DNA of 63,928 nt, the filler included, from Chiloscyllium plagiosum (lineage: Eukaryota), in assembly GCF_004010195.1 (NCBI RefSeq). It is 5 parts of one record of this genome, joined end to end, with 100 filler letters (N's around TTAATTAATTAA, not from the genome) between each part and the next. Parts side by side here need not be neighbours in the genome. Positions count along the whole stretch, not along the records: positions 1 to 16,044 come from NC_057710.1; 4 more parts are not named here. One strand, 5' to 3'. The notes beneath the pieces were generated by a model, which did no database searches, was not told the origin of the DNA, and worked only from the letters and a program-made list of their open reading frames with translations. How positions within the stretch are numbered: the first letter of the stretch is position 1; each line of letters begins with the position of its first letter. The position numbers and the translations under genes are program-made. Positions 1-12,409 of this stretch are shown here, piece after piece.

Positions 1-131
1 CCCTTTGATCCCACCCCTTCCGACGGCTGCGCCTACCACCGGCCCCGGCCACGCCCCTCCAGTCTGCTCCCCCCTTATCCAGGACCGCCCCTTTCTTCGG
101 CCCCGCCCCTTTCCTCCGCCCCCACACCAAT
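1..131. promoter_or_regulatory. GC-rich promoter-like segment with Sp/KLF GC boxes and a CCAAT box; truncated by the window edge
   Basis: CCGCCC at 85-90, CCCCGCCCC at 101-109, CCGCCCCC at 116-123, CACGCCCC near 50-57 and CCAAT at 127-131. CpG-rich compared with the rest of the window. Confidence 0.55.
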
Positions 132-159
132 CCTTGGTCCCATTTCCTTCCCAATGTGC

Positions 160-520
160 TGTTGGCAGCGCGGTGGCTCAGTGGTGCTGCGTCACTGCGC
201 CATGGACGCAGGTTCGATTCCACCCTCGCACAAATGTCAGAGAGCAGCATGGAAACAGACCCTTCGGTCCAACCTGTCCATGCCTTGTAGAATTTGCACA
301 TTTTTCTTGTAGATGTCCTCCCCCAGTCCAAATATGTGTCAGTCAGGTGGATTGACCATGCTCTGACCATGTCCATAGTGTCCAGGATGTGAAGGCTAGT
401 TGGATTAGCCATGGGTAATGCAGGGTTACAGGGATGGGGTTTGGTATGGGGGCGGGGGGAGATACTGTTCAAAGTGTAGGTGTGGATTGGATCTGCCCAA
501 TGGGATTTTATGATCATAGT
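160..520 (+). mobile_element. Degraded tRNA-derived V-SINE (HE1-like), interrupted by a short inverted CR1 tail fragment
   Basis: A-box-like gtggctcagtgg and B-box-like ggttcgattcc, followed by a degenerate V-domain (tttgcacatt...ccccagtccaaat...). A CR1 3' tail fragment (cagcatggaaacagacccttcggtccaac) lies at about 245-283. Confidence 0.6.
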
Positions 521-679
521 CCATTCCCCTCATCCTGTGCCTTTTCTGATCTCCATCAATGCGGGAGTCCTGCCTCTGAATTGAGAAATTGCTCGAGTCA
601 CAATTTTTTTACGAAGTCTACAAGAGGAAAACCAAGGAATTATCAGAAACTTAGCCCCATAATGTATAGTAGGGAAATT

Positions 680-2085
680 GGTAGAATCTAGAATCAAGGA
701 TGGGTAACTGAAAACACTGAAGACTTTCAATTTACCAGGGAGAACTAACATGGATTCATGACAATGAAACAAAGAACTGTGGATGTTGGAGATCTGAAAC
801 AATCTGAAATTGCTGGTGAAACTCTGAAGGTCTGGCAGCATCGGTGGGAAGAAAACAATAAAAAATTTGAGTACAGTTACAAACATATTGATTTTTTTTC
901 GGTGGTGACTGAGGTAATAAACAGGGTATTGTCTATGAATGTTGTTTATATTGACTTCTAGAAGGCTTTTGATAAAGCCCACAAAAGAAACTGTTAAGTA
1001 AGGCAGAAACCTATAGAATTAAAGACAAATTACTAGCATGGCTGGAAAATTGGTTGAGTGACATGTTACAAAGTAGGGATGATGGTTAGGTACTCAGATT
1101 GGCAGGATGTAACCAGAGAACTCCGACAATGTTCTGTCTTCGTGCCTTAATTATTCAAATTATCTATTAACAATTCAGATGATGGCAATGAATTAATTTG
1201 CTCATGACACAAAATTAGGTGGCTTTCTACACAGTGTACAAAGGGATATTAATAGACTAAGCGAGTGGGCAAATAAAGCTGGTGATTGACATAAGCAAAT
1301 GTATGGATATCCATTTTGGACGAAAAAGGATAGAATTGGGTACTTTCTGGGTTGTATAAAGTCCAGTGGATGTCCAAAGAGACCTAGAGGTCCAGGTGCA
1401 TAAATCTTTTAAAATGCCATGAAGAGGTGTAGAAAATAATTAGGAAGGCCATTGGAATGCTGACCTTTAAATCTAAAGCATGGGATATAAGGATGCAGAA
1501 GTTATGCTGCAGTTATATAGAACTGATTAGACCCCACTTAGAGTACTGTCAGCAGGTTTCAAGATGGAGTACAATGTAGTTTTACACGACTGATACCTGG
1601 ACTTCAGGGGTTAAGTTATGAGGAGAGATTATCCAAATTAGGAACAAAAACAGAAATAGCTAGAAAAGCTCTGCAGGTCTGGCAGTATCTGAGGACAGAA
1701 ATCAGAGTTAACATCTTGATCGAGTGACCCTTCCTCAGTTCTGATTTCTCTCCACGGATGCTGCCAGATCCAGTGAGCCTTTCCAGCAATTTCTGTTTTT
1801 GTTTCTGATTTATAGCATCCAAGTTCTTTTGTTTTTTTCTGCAAATTAGGCCTGTTTTCTTCAGATTTTAGAAGGATAAGGGTGATCTGATTGAAGTGTT
1901 CAAGATATTAACAGGAAAAGGCAGGGTAAATAAACTATTTCCATTGGTGAAAGGTTCTAGAACTAGGGGACATAATCTGAAAATAAGGGTCAAGTGTTCA
2001 GGAGAGATGTTAGTCAGACCTTCTAAACACAAAGGGATTGGAAGTCTCTTCCAGAAGTGGTAGTCAATGTCAATTTTAACTAGAG
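680..2085 (+). mobile_element. Old CR1 LINE ORF2 (RT) fragment with small PLE-derived insertions at about 770-880 and 1642-1840
   Basis: Degenerate CR1 RT motifs: VVYIDF*KAFDK, LFKLSINNSD, FAHDTKLGG, LIRPHLEYC, GDLIEVFKIL. Confidence 0.8.
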
Positions 2086-2612
2086 ACAAAAAAGCTGGAA
2101 CCCAAAATAGATAAGCAGGAGGCTGGAAGAACACAGAAAGCCAGGCAGCATCAGGAGGTGGTGAAGTGGTGGAGAGCAGCTGGAAAGGGAGTCAGGGATG
2201 GGAAGAGAGGTTATTTGAAATTGGAGAGCTCAATGTTGACTGCCCAGGCAGAAGATGTTCATCCAATTTGTGGTCTGATTTGCTGTGGCAATGGAGGAGG
2301 GCAAGGATGGTCATGTCGGAAAAGGAATGGGAAAGGGAATTAAAATAGACGGTGACTGGGACATTAGGTCAGCCCCTGCAGGCCCGGCTGAGATGCCCAG
2401 CAAAACGTGCCCTGAGTGTACATTTGGTCTCACCGATGTAGAGTAGCACACATCAGGAGCACTGGACACAGTAAACTAGGTTAGAGGAGAGGCAGGTGAA
2501 ACTTTGTCTCATCTGGATGGACTGTTTTGCGCCTTGGATGGAAATGGGGGTGGGAGGAATGTGTCGGCAGGTTTTGCATCTTTTCTGGTTGCAGGGGAAG
2601 GTAGTTGGTGGT
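2086..2612 (-). mobile_element. Penelope-like element fragment (GIY-YIG region)
   Basis: Minus-strand translation TFPCNQKRCKTC...FTCLSSNLVYCVQCS resembles a PLE Cys-linker/GIY-YIG segment. Confidence 0.8.
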
Positions 2613-2712
2613 GAGAGTGACACAATACATTTTTGTGAATCAAAAGTATTGAAGGATATGAGCCAAAGGCAGATATATATTCTGGTCTCCTTCCTATCGG
2701 AAAGATGTTGTG

Positions 2713-3161
2713 AAACTTGAAAGGGTTGGAGGATCTGAGCTACAGGTAGAGGCTGACCCGGCTGGGGCTGTTTTCCCTCGAGCGTCGGAGGCTGAGGGGT
2801 GACCTTATAGAGGTTTACAAAATTATGAGGGGCATGGGTAGGATAAATAGACAAAGTCTTTTTTCTGGGGTGGGGGAGTCCATAAGTAGAGGTTTAGGGT
2901 GAGAGGGGAAAGATATAAAAGAGACCTAAGAGGCAACTTTTTCACGCAGAGGGTGGTACGTGTATGTAATGAGCTGCCAGAGGATGTGGTGGAGACTGGT
3001 ACAATTGCAACATTTAAGAGGCATTTGGATGGGTATATGAATAGGGAGGGTTTAGGGCCGGGTGCTGGCAGGTGGGAGTAGTTTGGGTTGGGCTATCTGG
3101 TCAGCATGGATGGGTTGGACCGAAGGGTCTGTTTCCATGCTGTACATCTCTATGACTCTAT
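2713..3161 (+). mobile_element. CR1 LINE 3' end (young family)
   Basis: RGERYKRDLRGNFFTQRVVRV C-terminus and a 3' tail ending ctctatgactctat. The same family occurs at 16145, 24686 and 63557. Confidence 0.9.
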
Positions 3162-3329
3162 ATGGAATTAGGACACAGATCAGCCATGGTCTCACAGAAT
3201 GGTGGAATGGGCCAGAGGGGCTGAATGGCCTTATTACTGTTCCTGCATGTCAAGACCTCACCCCCAGAGGCAGTGCCTACCCTCCGGCCTCTCCATTGGG
3301 CACCACCTGAGAACCTTGGCCTCACCTTT

Positions 3330-3780
3330 TCCAATTGTGCCCCACCTTTGGCCCCGCCCCCTCCAGTGTGGCCTCCGGCGGGGTCCAGCCCCGCCCCATC
3401 TGGGCCGCACTGACCACGCCTACACCGATCTTGGCCCCGCCCCCTGAGCCCACCCGGAACGTCGCCGCTGCCACAGGGTCCTCCTTTCGCCTCCTCCCTT
3501 TTTCCACATTCAGTTCTCAATCTTCCTCATGGAAATGGGACCCGGGCACAGCTCCTCACAACCGTGCCTGGACCCTCCGCCAAGTCGCTCCAGAAAGAGT
3601 GCGAGTGACAACCGGCCACGTCAACAGCTGGCCTTTCTGAAACTACACATTGGTGGTTATACTTTCTCACGAGGTTCAGATTAAACTTGAAAATGCTTCT
3701 TTTTGATAAAATCCTTCCGCGGAACCGTTTCGCGGGCTATGAGAGCTGGTGGCCGACCACAGTTTCCCCAGAATTAATCA
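3330..3780. promoter_or_regulatory. CpG-island-like promoter, candidate POLI promoter
   Basis: CCAAT at 3331-3335. GCCCCGCCCC three times (3351, 3388, 3434). E2F-like TTTCGCGG at 3728-3735. ZNF143-like gaccacagtttccccagaa at about 3755-3773. Non-repetitive and CpG-rich, 4.3 kb upstream of the first POLI coding exon. Confidence 0.6.
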
Positions 3781-6700
3781 GTGCACCTTTTCACATCGTG
3801 AGGAGCTCAATCTTTTTACCCAAACCAGGTCTTACTGTTGGGCAATTGCCCTCCCAATAGACTCCATACCGCCCTATCTAATTGAACAGACTTAAGTGCA
3901 GCGATTCATCAAAGCCAAAGCAATAAGTATCTAGAAATATTGTGAAAGCCTTTTTTAAAAAAAGTTGCTTTCACACCTAATGATTTTGACGATTGTTTCA
4001 CGAAGTTATTGATTTCCTACTCATTAGAAATGTTGCAACTAATAGCCATCATCATTTTTTTAAAAAAGTCAAGTACATTCCCCTGGCCACTGACCCAACT
4101 CCGCATTCTGTACAATATTAGAATTGGGAAAACATTATGAAGGGTGGTGAGAGGGTTTAGAGATTTGGTTATCTTGCCATCTGACATCAACATCTGAACA
4201 GTCTTAAATCGTTTATTTTACCAAAACAGCATGATTTGAAATGTTTTAGGAAAATTGACCTGTTTTATTCCAGTAAAAGTGCCAGCATAACAAGTTCTCC
4301 CCTCACCCTTCTCAGGAAGGATGTGCCTGCAGTAGTTCCAGCCACGTTCACCAAGGAACAGTACTGAAGGTCTGGTCCAAATAGATCCAAGCACAAGCAG
4401 TTTTAGCTGGTGATCTAGATATTACAATCCAGGGATCGGTTAATGTGCCAACAGTCAAATAGATCCTCCAGTGATGTCACATATCTGGATTTGTAATGCA
4501 GAGTAGTCAAGTTCATAAGCAGACCCACCGAGACACCCTCCCATTTGTTCATCCTTTGTGATGATAAAAGATGAATAGTCATAGAGTTTTAACAAAGGGT
4601 CAGTTAGACTCAAAACATCAACTCTTTTCTCTCTTTACAGATGCTGCCAAACCTGCTGAGATTTTCCAGCATTTTCTCTTTTGGTTTCAGATTCCAGCAT
4701 CCACAGTAATTTGCTTTTAACCAGTGCACATCTTGGTTTCAGATTGAACAAGTGGCTATGGCATTAATGATGTGCTCCAGATACCGATCAACTGCCACAA
4801 TGCTTGCAATATTTTTGCAGTGGCTCACCTATGCTATTTGGGAAAGTACTTCACTACAGTGCATCTTGATGAAAAATCAGTGTGAGGAAATGAATAGTAT
4901 GCCAACAGTAATAACATTTAAGAAATACAATATAGAATGGAATGAATTCCTGTGAACCAGTTGTGTTGTGAATTGGATAGGTTGGGAATTTGCAGGAGCC
5001 TGTCCAAAATAATGTGAGATTTGATGGGTCTATTGCCTTGAGCCAACTTAATACTCTCAAAACAAAAACCAAGAGCCCAGAGCAGATTTTATTTCATGAT
5101 ATTGCAAAACACATATAATGTCAGGATATATGGGAGATTAACACATCTAGTGACATATATCCTGCTCTAACATCATCCAACACATTCCTCAATCTGAATC
5201 TCACAGCCAGACATAACCTTCTTTCTGATCTTGGAGCATAAGGTTACCTGTGAAGGATTGCATTTGATACATTGTTGACACTGTATGCTCTTGCAGGTGA
5301 CATCCAAATTTTTTTTTTATTCTTAATGAAATGTTGGTACCACTGGCTCTAGCAGCATTTATTGTTAATCCTTAATTTCCCTAAAGAAGATTAGATTAGA
5401 TTAGAAACCCTACAGTGTGGATGATTTAAAAAAAAATTGTTTTCTTGAGCCACAGCAGTTCATGTGGTATAAGCAAACCCACAATGTTGTTATGGAGGGA
5501 GATCAAGGATTTTTATTCAGGGACAATGAAAAGATGGTGATATAGTTCCATCTAAGGATGCTGTGTGTCTTGAAAGGGAATTTACAGGAGGTGGTGCACA
5601 ATTGGCCTTTATTTCAGAGGAAATGGATTATAAAAAAAAGAAGAAAGTGGAGTTGAGCCTGAATTGAGATCAAAAATAACCATATGAAATGGCAAAGCAG
5701 GCTCGAGGATCAGAATTGCCTACTCCCGCTCCTCGTTCTTATGTTCTTGCCTTTGCTGTCAGTCCCCCATGTTACATTAGTTTTAACTAATATGAAAATG
5801 GTGAGAGTGTAAATTCTACCAAAAACAGTGGGAGTCATTGCAATTATAAAAACAACACACTGAGGATACTGGAAATCTGAAAAAAAATAGAGAAAATGCT
5901 GGAAAAACTCAGCAGTCTGGGACCATTTGTGGAAAGAGAAACAGACTTAACATTTTGAATCCAATATGACTCTTCAAACTGAAGAACAATCACTGATTCC
6001 GAACTATCCTTGAGAGTATGGTAGTGAGTTGCCTTCTTTAACTGCTGTGCTTAAAATGACGTGGTGTGGTGCAGGTATATTCACAGTGCATATTGGCACG
6101 TTCAAGCAGTCTGTCACCGCACAACATCCAAGCTCAGACTTGACTAAAATATCAGAGGATGGGCATTGCCTGTACAAACACAATCCCTAATACACAGAGC
6201 TTTTCAAAGAATAGAAAAGACATCTTGATAAAAGAATGATGAGAATATGATTGGCACACCCCTTTCCATAAAACGGCAAGAAGTGAAATTTCTAGACTTG
6301 CTATCTGTCCTCATCAGACACGTCAATCAGAAAGATTTCAAATGGAGGTTGCAGTACTTCCCAATAAACGAATGTAACTTATTAGGGATATTACCTCTCT
6401 GGCTTGTCCCACAATTTCGTATAAGAATCATTGACAACAGCCAGTATACCAAAGCAGTTAAAGAAATAAAATGGAATTGAAACCTTATTGAAACATTCAC
6501 TCATTAATTGAAATTTTATGTGTTTATATAAAGAGGGAGGAAAAACTAAAAAGGTGAACCAGACTGCATCTTCCAAATATGCACTTAGCTGAAATCTAGG
6601 CTGCATATAAGTAAGAAACTTTTGTCAAAAGGTCATTGGCCTGAAATGTTAACTCTGTTTCTCACTTCAAAGATGCCAACTGACCCAAAGAGTATTTCAA

Positions 6701-8108
6701 GCATTTTCTGCTTGGCCTGCTTTGGATCAAGTAAGGAAGATCAAGGGTTGATAAGAGGTATGACAGGACTACAAGTTCAATGGGCAACCCATAATGCAAT
6801 GAAAAATTTTAAATAACAATATAATACTCGCATCTGTGGTATCATGAACATTGTTTAAAGATTGAGCTGCAGAAAACAATTGCTGCTGTGGAAACAATTC
6901 TGCTTCAGTGTCAATTACTGCTGCTTTTTACCACAGGGTTATCGCGTCTGTTCCGAGAACTGGATTATTTCCAGGAAACACCTCAATGTCACAGTTCAAC
7001 CTCTTTGTCAAAGGGGCTAAGAAGTAAGCTGAAAAAGATGCTCTGCACAAAAATCTTTACCTTTACATTTATCAATATTTTAACCCATATTACCATGACA
7101 ACTACATTCATTTAATGTTGTCTGGAGTGATCACATTGGCCTGATGTAGAATATGCTGGCAGCTACCACAGGGACGCTTTATTATAATATTTTATTATAT
7201 ATTTATTATACTTATTAATATTTATTATACTTTCTGAAGAAGAGTCATAGTGAACTCCAAACATTAATTCTGTTTCACTCCATAGATACTGCCAGACCTG
7301 AATTTCTCCAGTATTTTCTTTGAGAATAGGAAGTATAGAAGAGAGTTAGAGTTTTTTTTTAGATCTAGCACTTTTTTTTCTCTTAAATGCCCTAAAATGT
7401 TTGTTATGTCTACAAACCCCTGAAATATTGTCCTGGTGGCTTTGTGGTGCACCCTGTCCTGCCAGGAATTGCTCCTTGCTCCTGTTCAGTTCTGAGCCAT
7501 AACCGATGGAAAGGGAAAACAGCACACTGACCATGTATCAGTATGTGCTACAATGCAAAGTGAAGGCCACGATGTATCACGAAATGAGTTGCTCTGTTGA
7601 ACAGAGGTATTTTGGTTGAAAAAAAAGTTCAACAATTTAAAATCCGTCCACTGTCCATTTTCAAATGGAGCTGCAGTGACTCAGGCAGAGTTTAAATCCT
7701 GCAAATAAGTGTGTCCGCGGTTGGATGCTGGAAATCTGAAATTAAAAAAAAAATTCTCGAGAACCTCAGCAGAATTGGAAGCATCTGCGGACAGCAGAAC
7801 AGAGTGAGCGTTTCGAGTCCAGTGTGACCCTTTGTTCAGAATCTCTTGAGTTTCTCCAGCATTTTTCTGTGGTTGTTTCAGTTTGAATCCTCTCTCGATG
7901 ACTAATCCAACTCCAACAACACTTCACTGAGTTTGAAGTAATGCATTTTCCGATAAAGCTTGTAACATGCCAACATTATACTTTACAGTGAAGTGCGTCA
8001 AAGATTGCAGTGGTTTGGGGGCATATTTTGGTTGTCCACCTCATATGGTTTGCTGGTTGATTTGTTGTGGAGTCGGTATCCTGCAATGTCTCAGGATTTT
8101 CATTAATT

Positions 8109-8268
8109 ATGGAGTTCAGTGAATATGAGTTAGCAGACAACCCTCGCTACAGTTTACAGGAAGAGGAGGAGGAGGAAGATGAACGGGAATGGTGTTGCAC
8201 AGTTGACTACGTTGACAGCAGCCCTGCGTCTCCTGCTCCTGTTGCTGCAGCAAGCAGTGACTTGACAG
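8109..8268 (+). CDS. POLI: DNA polymerase iota, first coding exon (acidic N-terminus)
   Basis: ATG at 8109 gives MEFSEYELADNPRYSLQEEEEEEDEREWCC...AAASSDLT(G). This parallels the human POLI N-terminus (EEE...DEEDAEAW...AAASSQG). Ends at a phase-1 donor ACAG|GTACTA that is frame-compatible with the exon at 31542. A possible upstream acceptor (tctcag, ending 8094) would make this an internal exon after a 5'UTR exon. Confidence 0.7.
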
Positions 8269-8418
8269 GTACTAGTGAAACTGAAAGCCAACGTCATTCT
8301 GTCTGCCAAATTGGAGGCTCAAAATATAGTGCCTCGTATTTGAATTGTTATCTTTAGCCAATTGCAAACCAAATAATGGCAGCTTACAGGGCGGGTTCAT
8401 GGCTTCAGTTGAGAAATG

Positions 8419-8648
8419 GGAATCTAGATTAGAGTGGTGCTGGAAAAGCACAGTAGGTCAAACAGCATCCGAGGAGCAGGAAATTCGACCTTTCGGGCAA
8501 AAGCCCTTCATCAGGAATAGAGGCAGAGTGCTTGCAGAGTGGAGAGATAAATGAGAGGAGGGTGGGATTGGGGAGAAAGTAGCATGCCCAGGACCTCCAT
8601 GTCCTCGGGAGAGTGGGAGGGGGAGTTGAAATGTTGGGCCACAGTTTA
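8419..8648 (-). mobile_element. Short internally deleted PLE derivative with a 15-bp TSD and a hammerhead-like motif
   Basis: TSD ttcagttgagaaatg at 8404-8418 and 8649-8663. Contains the PLE terminal repeat (gtggtgctggaaaagcacag...cttcatcaggaat). Confidence 0.8.
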
Positions 8649-8959
8649 TTCAGTTGAGAAATGTATGTTGCTGATGATGAGATGGGTGTGAGGAAACACT
8701 TGTTGAAAACTGACGAGTCGCCCAGTATCAACAATACACGCAGGACATGTCAGGAATGCGAATCAAATGTTGATTTTCAGAAATGAATTTTGATGTCTGA
8801 TTTTGATCTGGTCCAACATTGGGCAAACAGCACTTGCCATTATTGACCAGGGTATCTGGAAGAAAATGTGGGATTCTAACAATCTGTATATCTTGGATGG
8901 ATGAAGGGGCATTATAGGAATTGCTTCTTGCTATTTTATAAGATGAAACAGATTCAGAT

Positions 8960-9380
8960 CCTTAGGATGGGGCTGTTTTCCCTGGAGTGTCGGAGGCTGA
9001 GGGGTGACCTTAAAGAGTTTTATAAAATTATGAGGGGCATGGAAGGGGTAGCATAAATAGGCAAAGTATTTTCCCTGGGTTGTGGGAGTCCAGAACTAGA
9101 AGGAATAGGTTTAGGGTAAGAGGGGAAAGATTTTAAAAGGATCAAAGGGGCAACCTTTTCATGCAAAGGTGGCAAATGTATCGAATGAGCTGCCAGAGGA
9201 AGTTGTGGAGGCTGGTCCAATTACAGTATTTAAAAGGCATCTGAATGGATACGTGAATAGGAAGGGTTTAGAAGGATATGGGCAAAGTGCTGGCAAATGG
9301 GACTAGATTAATTTAGAATATCTGGTCAGCATGAACAAGTTGGACCGAAGGGTCAGTTTACATGCTGTACATCTCCATGA
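8960..9380 (+). mobile_element. CR1 LINE 3' end
   Basis: Same CR1 C-terminal and 3'UTR sequence as 2713-3161, more diverged. Confidence 0.85.
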
Positions 9381-10599
9381 TGTGTGATCCCTCATAATGG
9401 GTGCTGTTAAGCTATTTGTCCAGATGCAATATGTGACAATTCTGACGTGTTCCTAGGGGGATATCTGCATTATCCTACTTTGTAGCAGTGACCACTAGAC
9501 AATCATCAAGGATGTAGCACATACCTAGATTGTACGAGGGTTGAAATTATACCTAGGGGAGATGGTTGTGTAGTGGCAATATTATCAGTTCCAGAATCCA
9601 TAGGCGCAGGCTAATTTTCTGGGGATAAGGATTCAATCCTACCCAATTAAGACATCTACATGTAGAGCTGGTATCAGTAATGGTGGCCGTTATGACTCCA
9701 ATGTTGCACCAATATGGTTGACACTTAACTGGTCTAGTAAGCCACTTGGTTGAAGAGAAATTAGGGATGGGTTAAAAATGGTGCCCTGTAAATAAACAGT
9801 CTGATTACTCAGCTCTGTCACAGGTTCAGTAATGTGCCATTTATCAACTGAACCATCAAGGATGTCTTTCCGCCTTTTTTTAGATCTGAGGAGCAACTGA
9901 CTTCTTTAAGAAGCCCCAAAGTTGCAGGCAAAACCATTTTCGAATTTTGTTGTAGCAAAGCGAAAATGAAGGCACAAAACCTATCCTGCAGGACACAATT
10001 GCGATTAAGAACTGACAAACTAATTCAGGAAATTGTGGCTATTATGGTTGTGGGCTCTGTCACAATTCAAATTGAAAAATTGTTTTGATAACTTTTAGAT
10101 CCATCTCTGGGGGTGGTGAGTAGGGAGTTTAACTTGGTGATAATGGGGATTAGAGTCTTCAGGTTGAGATGCAATATACTGTAAATTTGGCTTTTAAAAT
10201 TGCAAAATGTGCATATGGATTTTGATGATAATCATTGCAACAATGGTGTTAGCTGATGTGTTAACACTTTTTAATTGCAAAGTTAACACTTTTAATTACC
10301 AGCATCACTTCCTGATAGCTATCTATGTAGTTAGTAGTCAGTTGATTCCAGCAGATTGTCAATTTGTCTGGCAGGAGCTAGTCTTCTAGAAGATTAACCA
10401 TATTTTATTCAACCTCCCATGAGAAAGGAAAAGCTTTTTTTTAAATTTGTTTTGTATTTCTTTACATACAAACTGCAGTAGTGAAATAAAAGAAATAAAA
10501 GAAGGAAGGCAAAGAAAATATGTGGGAAAAGAAAGAGGGCAGGTAAAATCAAGGAAAACCCAAAGACGTTTTCTCTGTATATTAAGAGCAAAACGTTAA

Positions 10600-12405
10600 C
10601 AAAAGAAAATGGAAAAAGTTTATCTATTTCACTTCCAATTTCCATCCTGCACTCACCTTTACCTGGTCCATCTCTGACTTCTCCCTTCCCTTCCTTACCA
10701 TCTCTGAGTTTAGGCTGGCCACCAATATGCAATACAAACCCACCAACTCCCAAAGTTACCTTGACTGTACATTCTCACACTCTGCTTCCTGCAAAGACTC
10801 TATTCCATTCTCCCAGTTCCTCCACCTTTGTTCTGATGATGCGAACTTCAACAAGGGGACTTCTGAAATGTCCAACTTCTTCCTCAATTAAGGATTCCCC
10901 CTCACAGTGGTTGGTAGCACCCTCAGCCGGCTCCGACCATCTCCTGCACTTCGGCCCTCAACCCCTTGCTTCCCTCCCACAACAGAGATAGGGTCACCCT
11001 CATCCTCACTTACCATCCCACCAGCATCCACTTCCAAAGGATCATAAGCCACTATCTCCGCTACCTCCAGCGGGATGCCAGCATCAGACGGATATTCCCC
11101 TCCTCTCCCTTCTCAGCCTTCTGCAGGGTCTGTTCCCTTTGCGGAATCTTGGTTAACTCCTTCTCTACTCCCAACACCTCCCCACATTCCTGAGGCATTT
11201 TACCATCCATGGCACTTCCCCTGCAATCACATAACAAGTAACACCGGCCTGTGTACTTCCTCCCTTCTCATTTTGCAAGGCCCTAAGCACACCTTCCAGG
11301 TGAAGCAGCATTTACTCAATGTAGTCTACTGTGTTTGTTGTTCATAATGTGGTCTCCTCTACACAGATGAGACTAGCCTACTTTCTATCTGCAAAAAATG
11401 ACCCCAAGTTTCTGGTCTCCTGCTACTTCAACACACCACCCTGTTCCCTGGCCAACATCTCTGTCTCGGGCTTGCTGTAGTGCTTCAGTGAAGCTTAGCG
11501 CAAGCTGGAGGAACAGTATCTCATTTTCTTCTTGGTTGCTTCTGCAGCCTTCTAGCCTCAATATCAACAATTTTAGGACTTGAGCACTATCTCCCATTTC
11601 CTTACCATACACACCAGGCTTGTCATCACATGGGCTTGTATCACAAACAACCCACTGTCAGCCGCTTGTGGTCCCCATTAGCAGCTCTTGATTCTCCCAG
11701 GTTGACTGTCATCCATTCCTTTGTCTGCCCAACTGTTGTTCTCTCTCTCTAGGCTGCATCTCTTATTGGATTCTCTCCCCCCATCTCAACACCATCTTTA
11801 ATAATGTTTACCAACCTTTTCCTCAGCAATCAGCATTCCTGATGAAGGCGTATGTCTGAAATGTCGACTCTCCTGCTCCTCGGATGCTACCTGACCTGCT
11901 GTGCTTTTCCAGCAATACAGTCTCGACTCTGATCTCCAGCATCTGCAGTCCTCACTTTCTCCTTTTCCTCACTACAGTCAGTCATGAAGTGGGCGGCACG
12001 GTGGCACAGTGGTTAGCACTGCTGCCTCGCAGCGCCAGAGACCCGGGTTCAATTCCCGACTCAGGCGACTGACTGTGTGGAGTTTGCACGTTCTCCCCGT
12101 GTCTGCGTGGGTTTCGTCCGGGGGCTCCGGTTTCCTCCCACAGTCCAAAGATGTGCAAGTCAGGTGAATTGGCCATGCTAAATTGCCCGTAGTGTTAGGT
12201 AAAGGGGTAAATGTAGGGGTATGGGTGGGTTACGCTTCGGCGGGTCGGTGTGGACTTGTTGGGCCGAAGGGCCTGCTTCCACACTGTAAGTAAGTAAGTA
12301 ATCTAATGAAGTAGGGTCACTGGACCTGAAACGTTAACCTTGCTTTCTCTCCACAGATGTTGCCAAACCTGCTGAGTTTTTCAAGAAATTTCTGTTTTTG
12401 TTTGT
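10600..12405 (+). mobile_element. Penelope-like element 3' part (post-RT region, GIY-YIG, terminal repeat) with nested insertions
   Basis: DRVTLILTYHPTS...; FPCNHITSNT...KHTFQVKQHL..VVYCVCCS; terminal repeat agggtcactggacctgaaacgttaac. Interrupted by a second PLE mini-element (about 11826-11960) and a SINE (11991-12305). Confidence 0.8.
11991..12305 (+). mobile_element. Full-length tRNA-derived V-SINE (HE1-like) with a 7-bp TSD
   Basis: A box tggcacagtgg and B box gttcaattcc; V-domain gtgtggagtttgcacgttctccccgtgtctgcgtgggttt; CR1-like tail ending in taag repeats. TSD atgaagt at 11984-11990 and 12306-12312. Confidence 0.9.
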
Positions 12406-12409
12406 AACT

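Noticed and set aside
3158..3640. Overlapping Pro/Gly-rich ORFs on both strands
   Set aside because: Expected from GC-rich promoter sequence; no recognisable domain.
11991..12065. tRNA-like sequence with A and B boxes (also at 18130-18200, 30590, 43498)
   Set aside because: It continues into a V-domain and LINE-like tail with a TSD, so it is a SINE head and not a tRNA gene.
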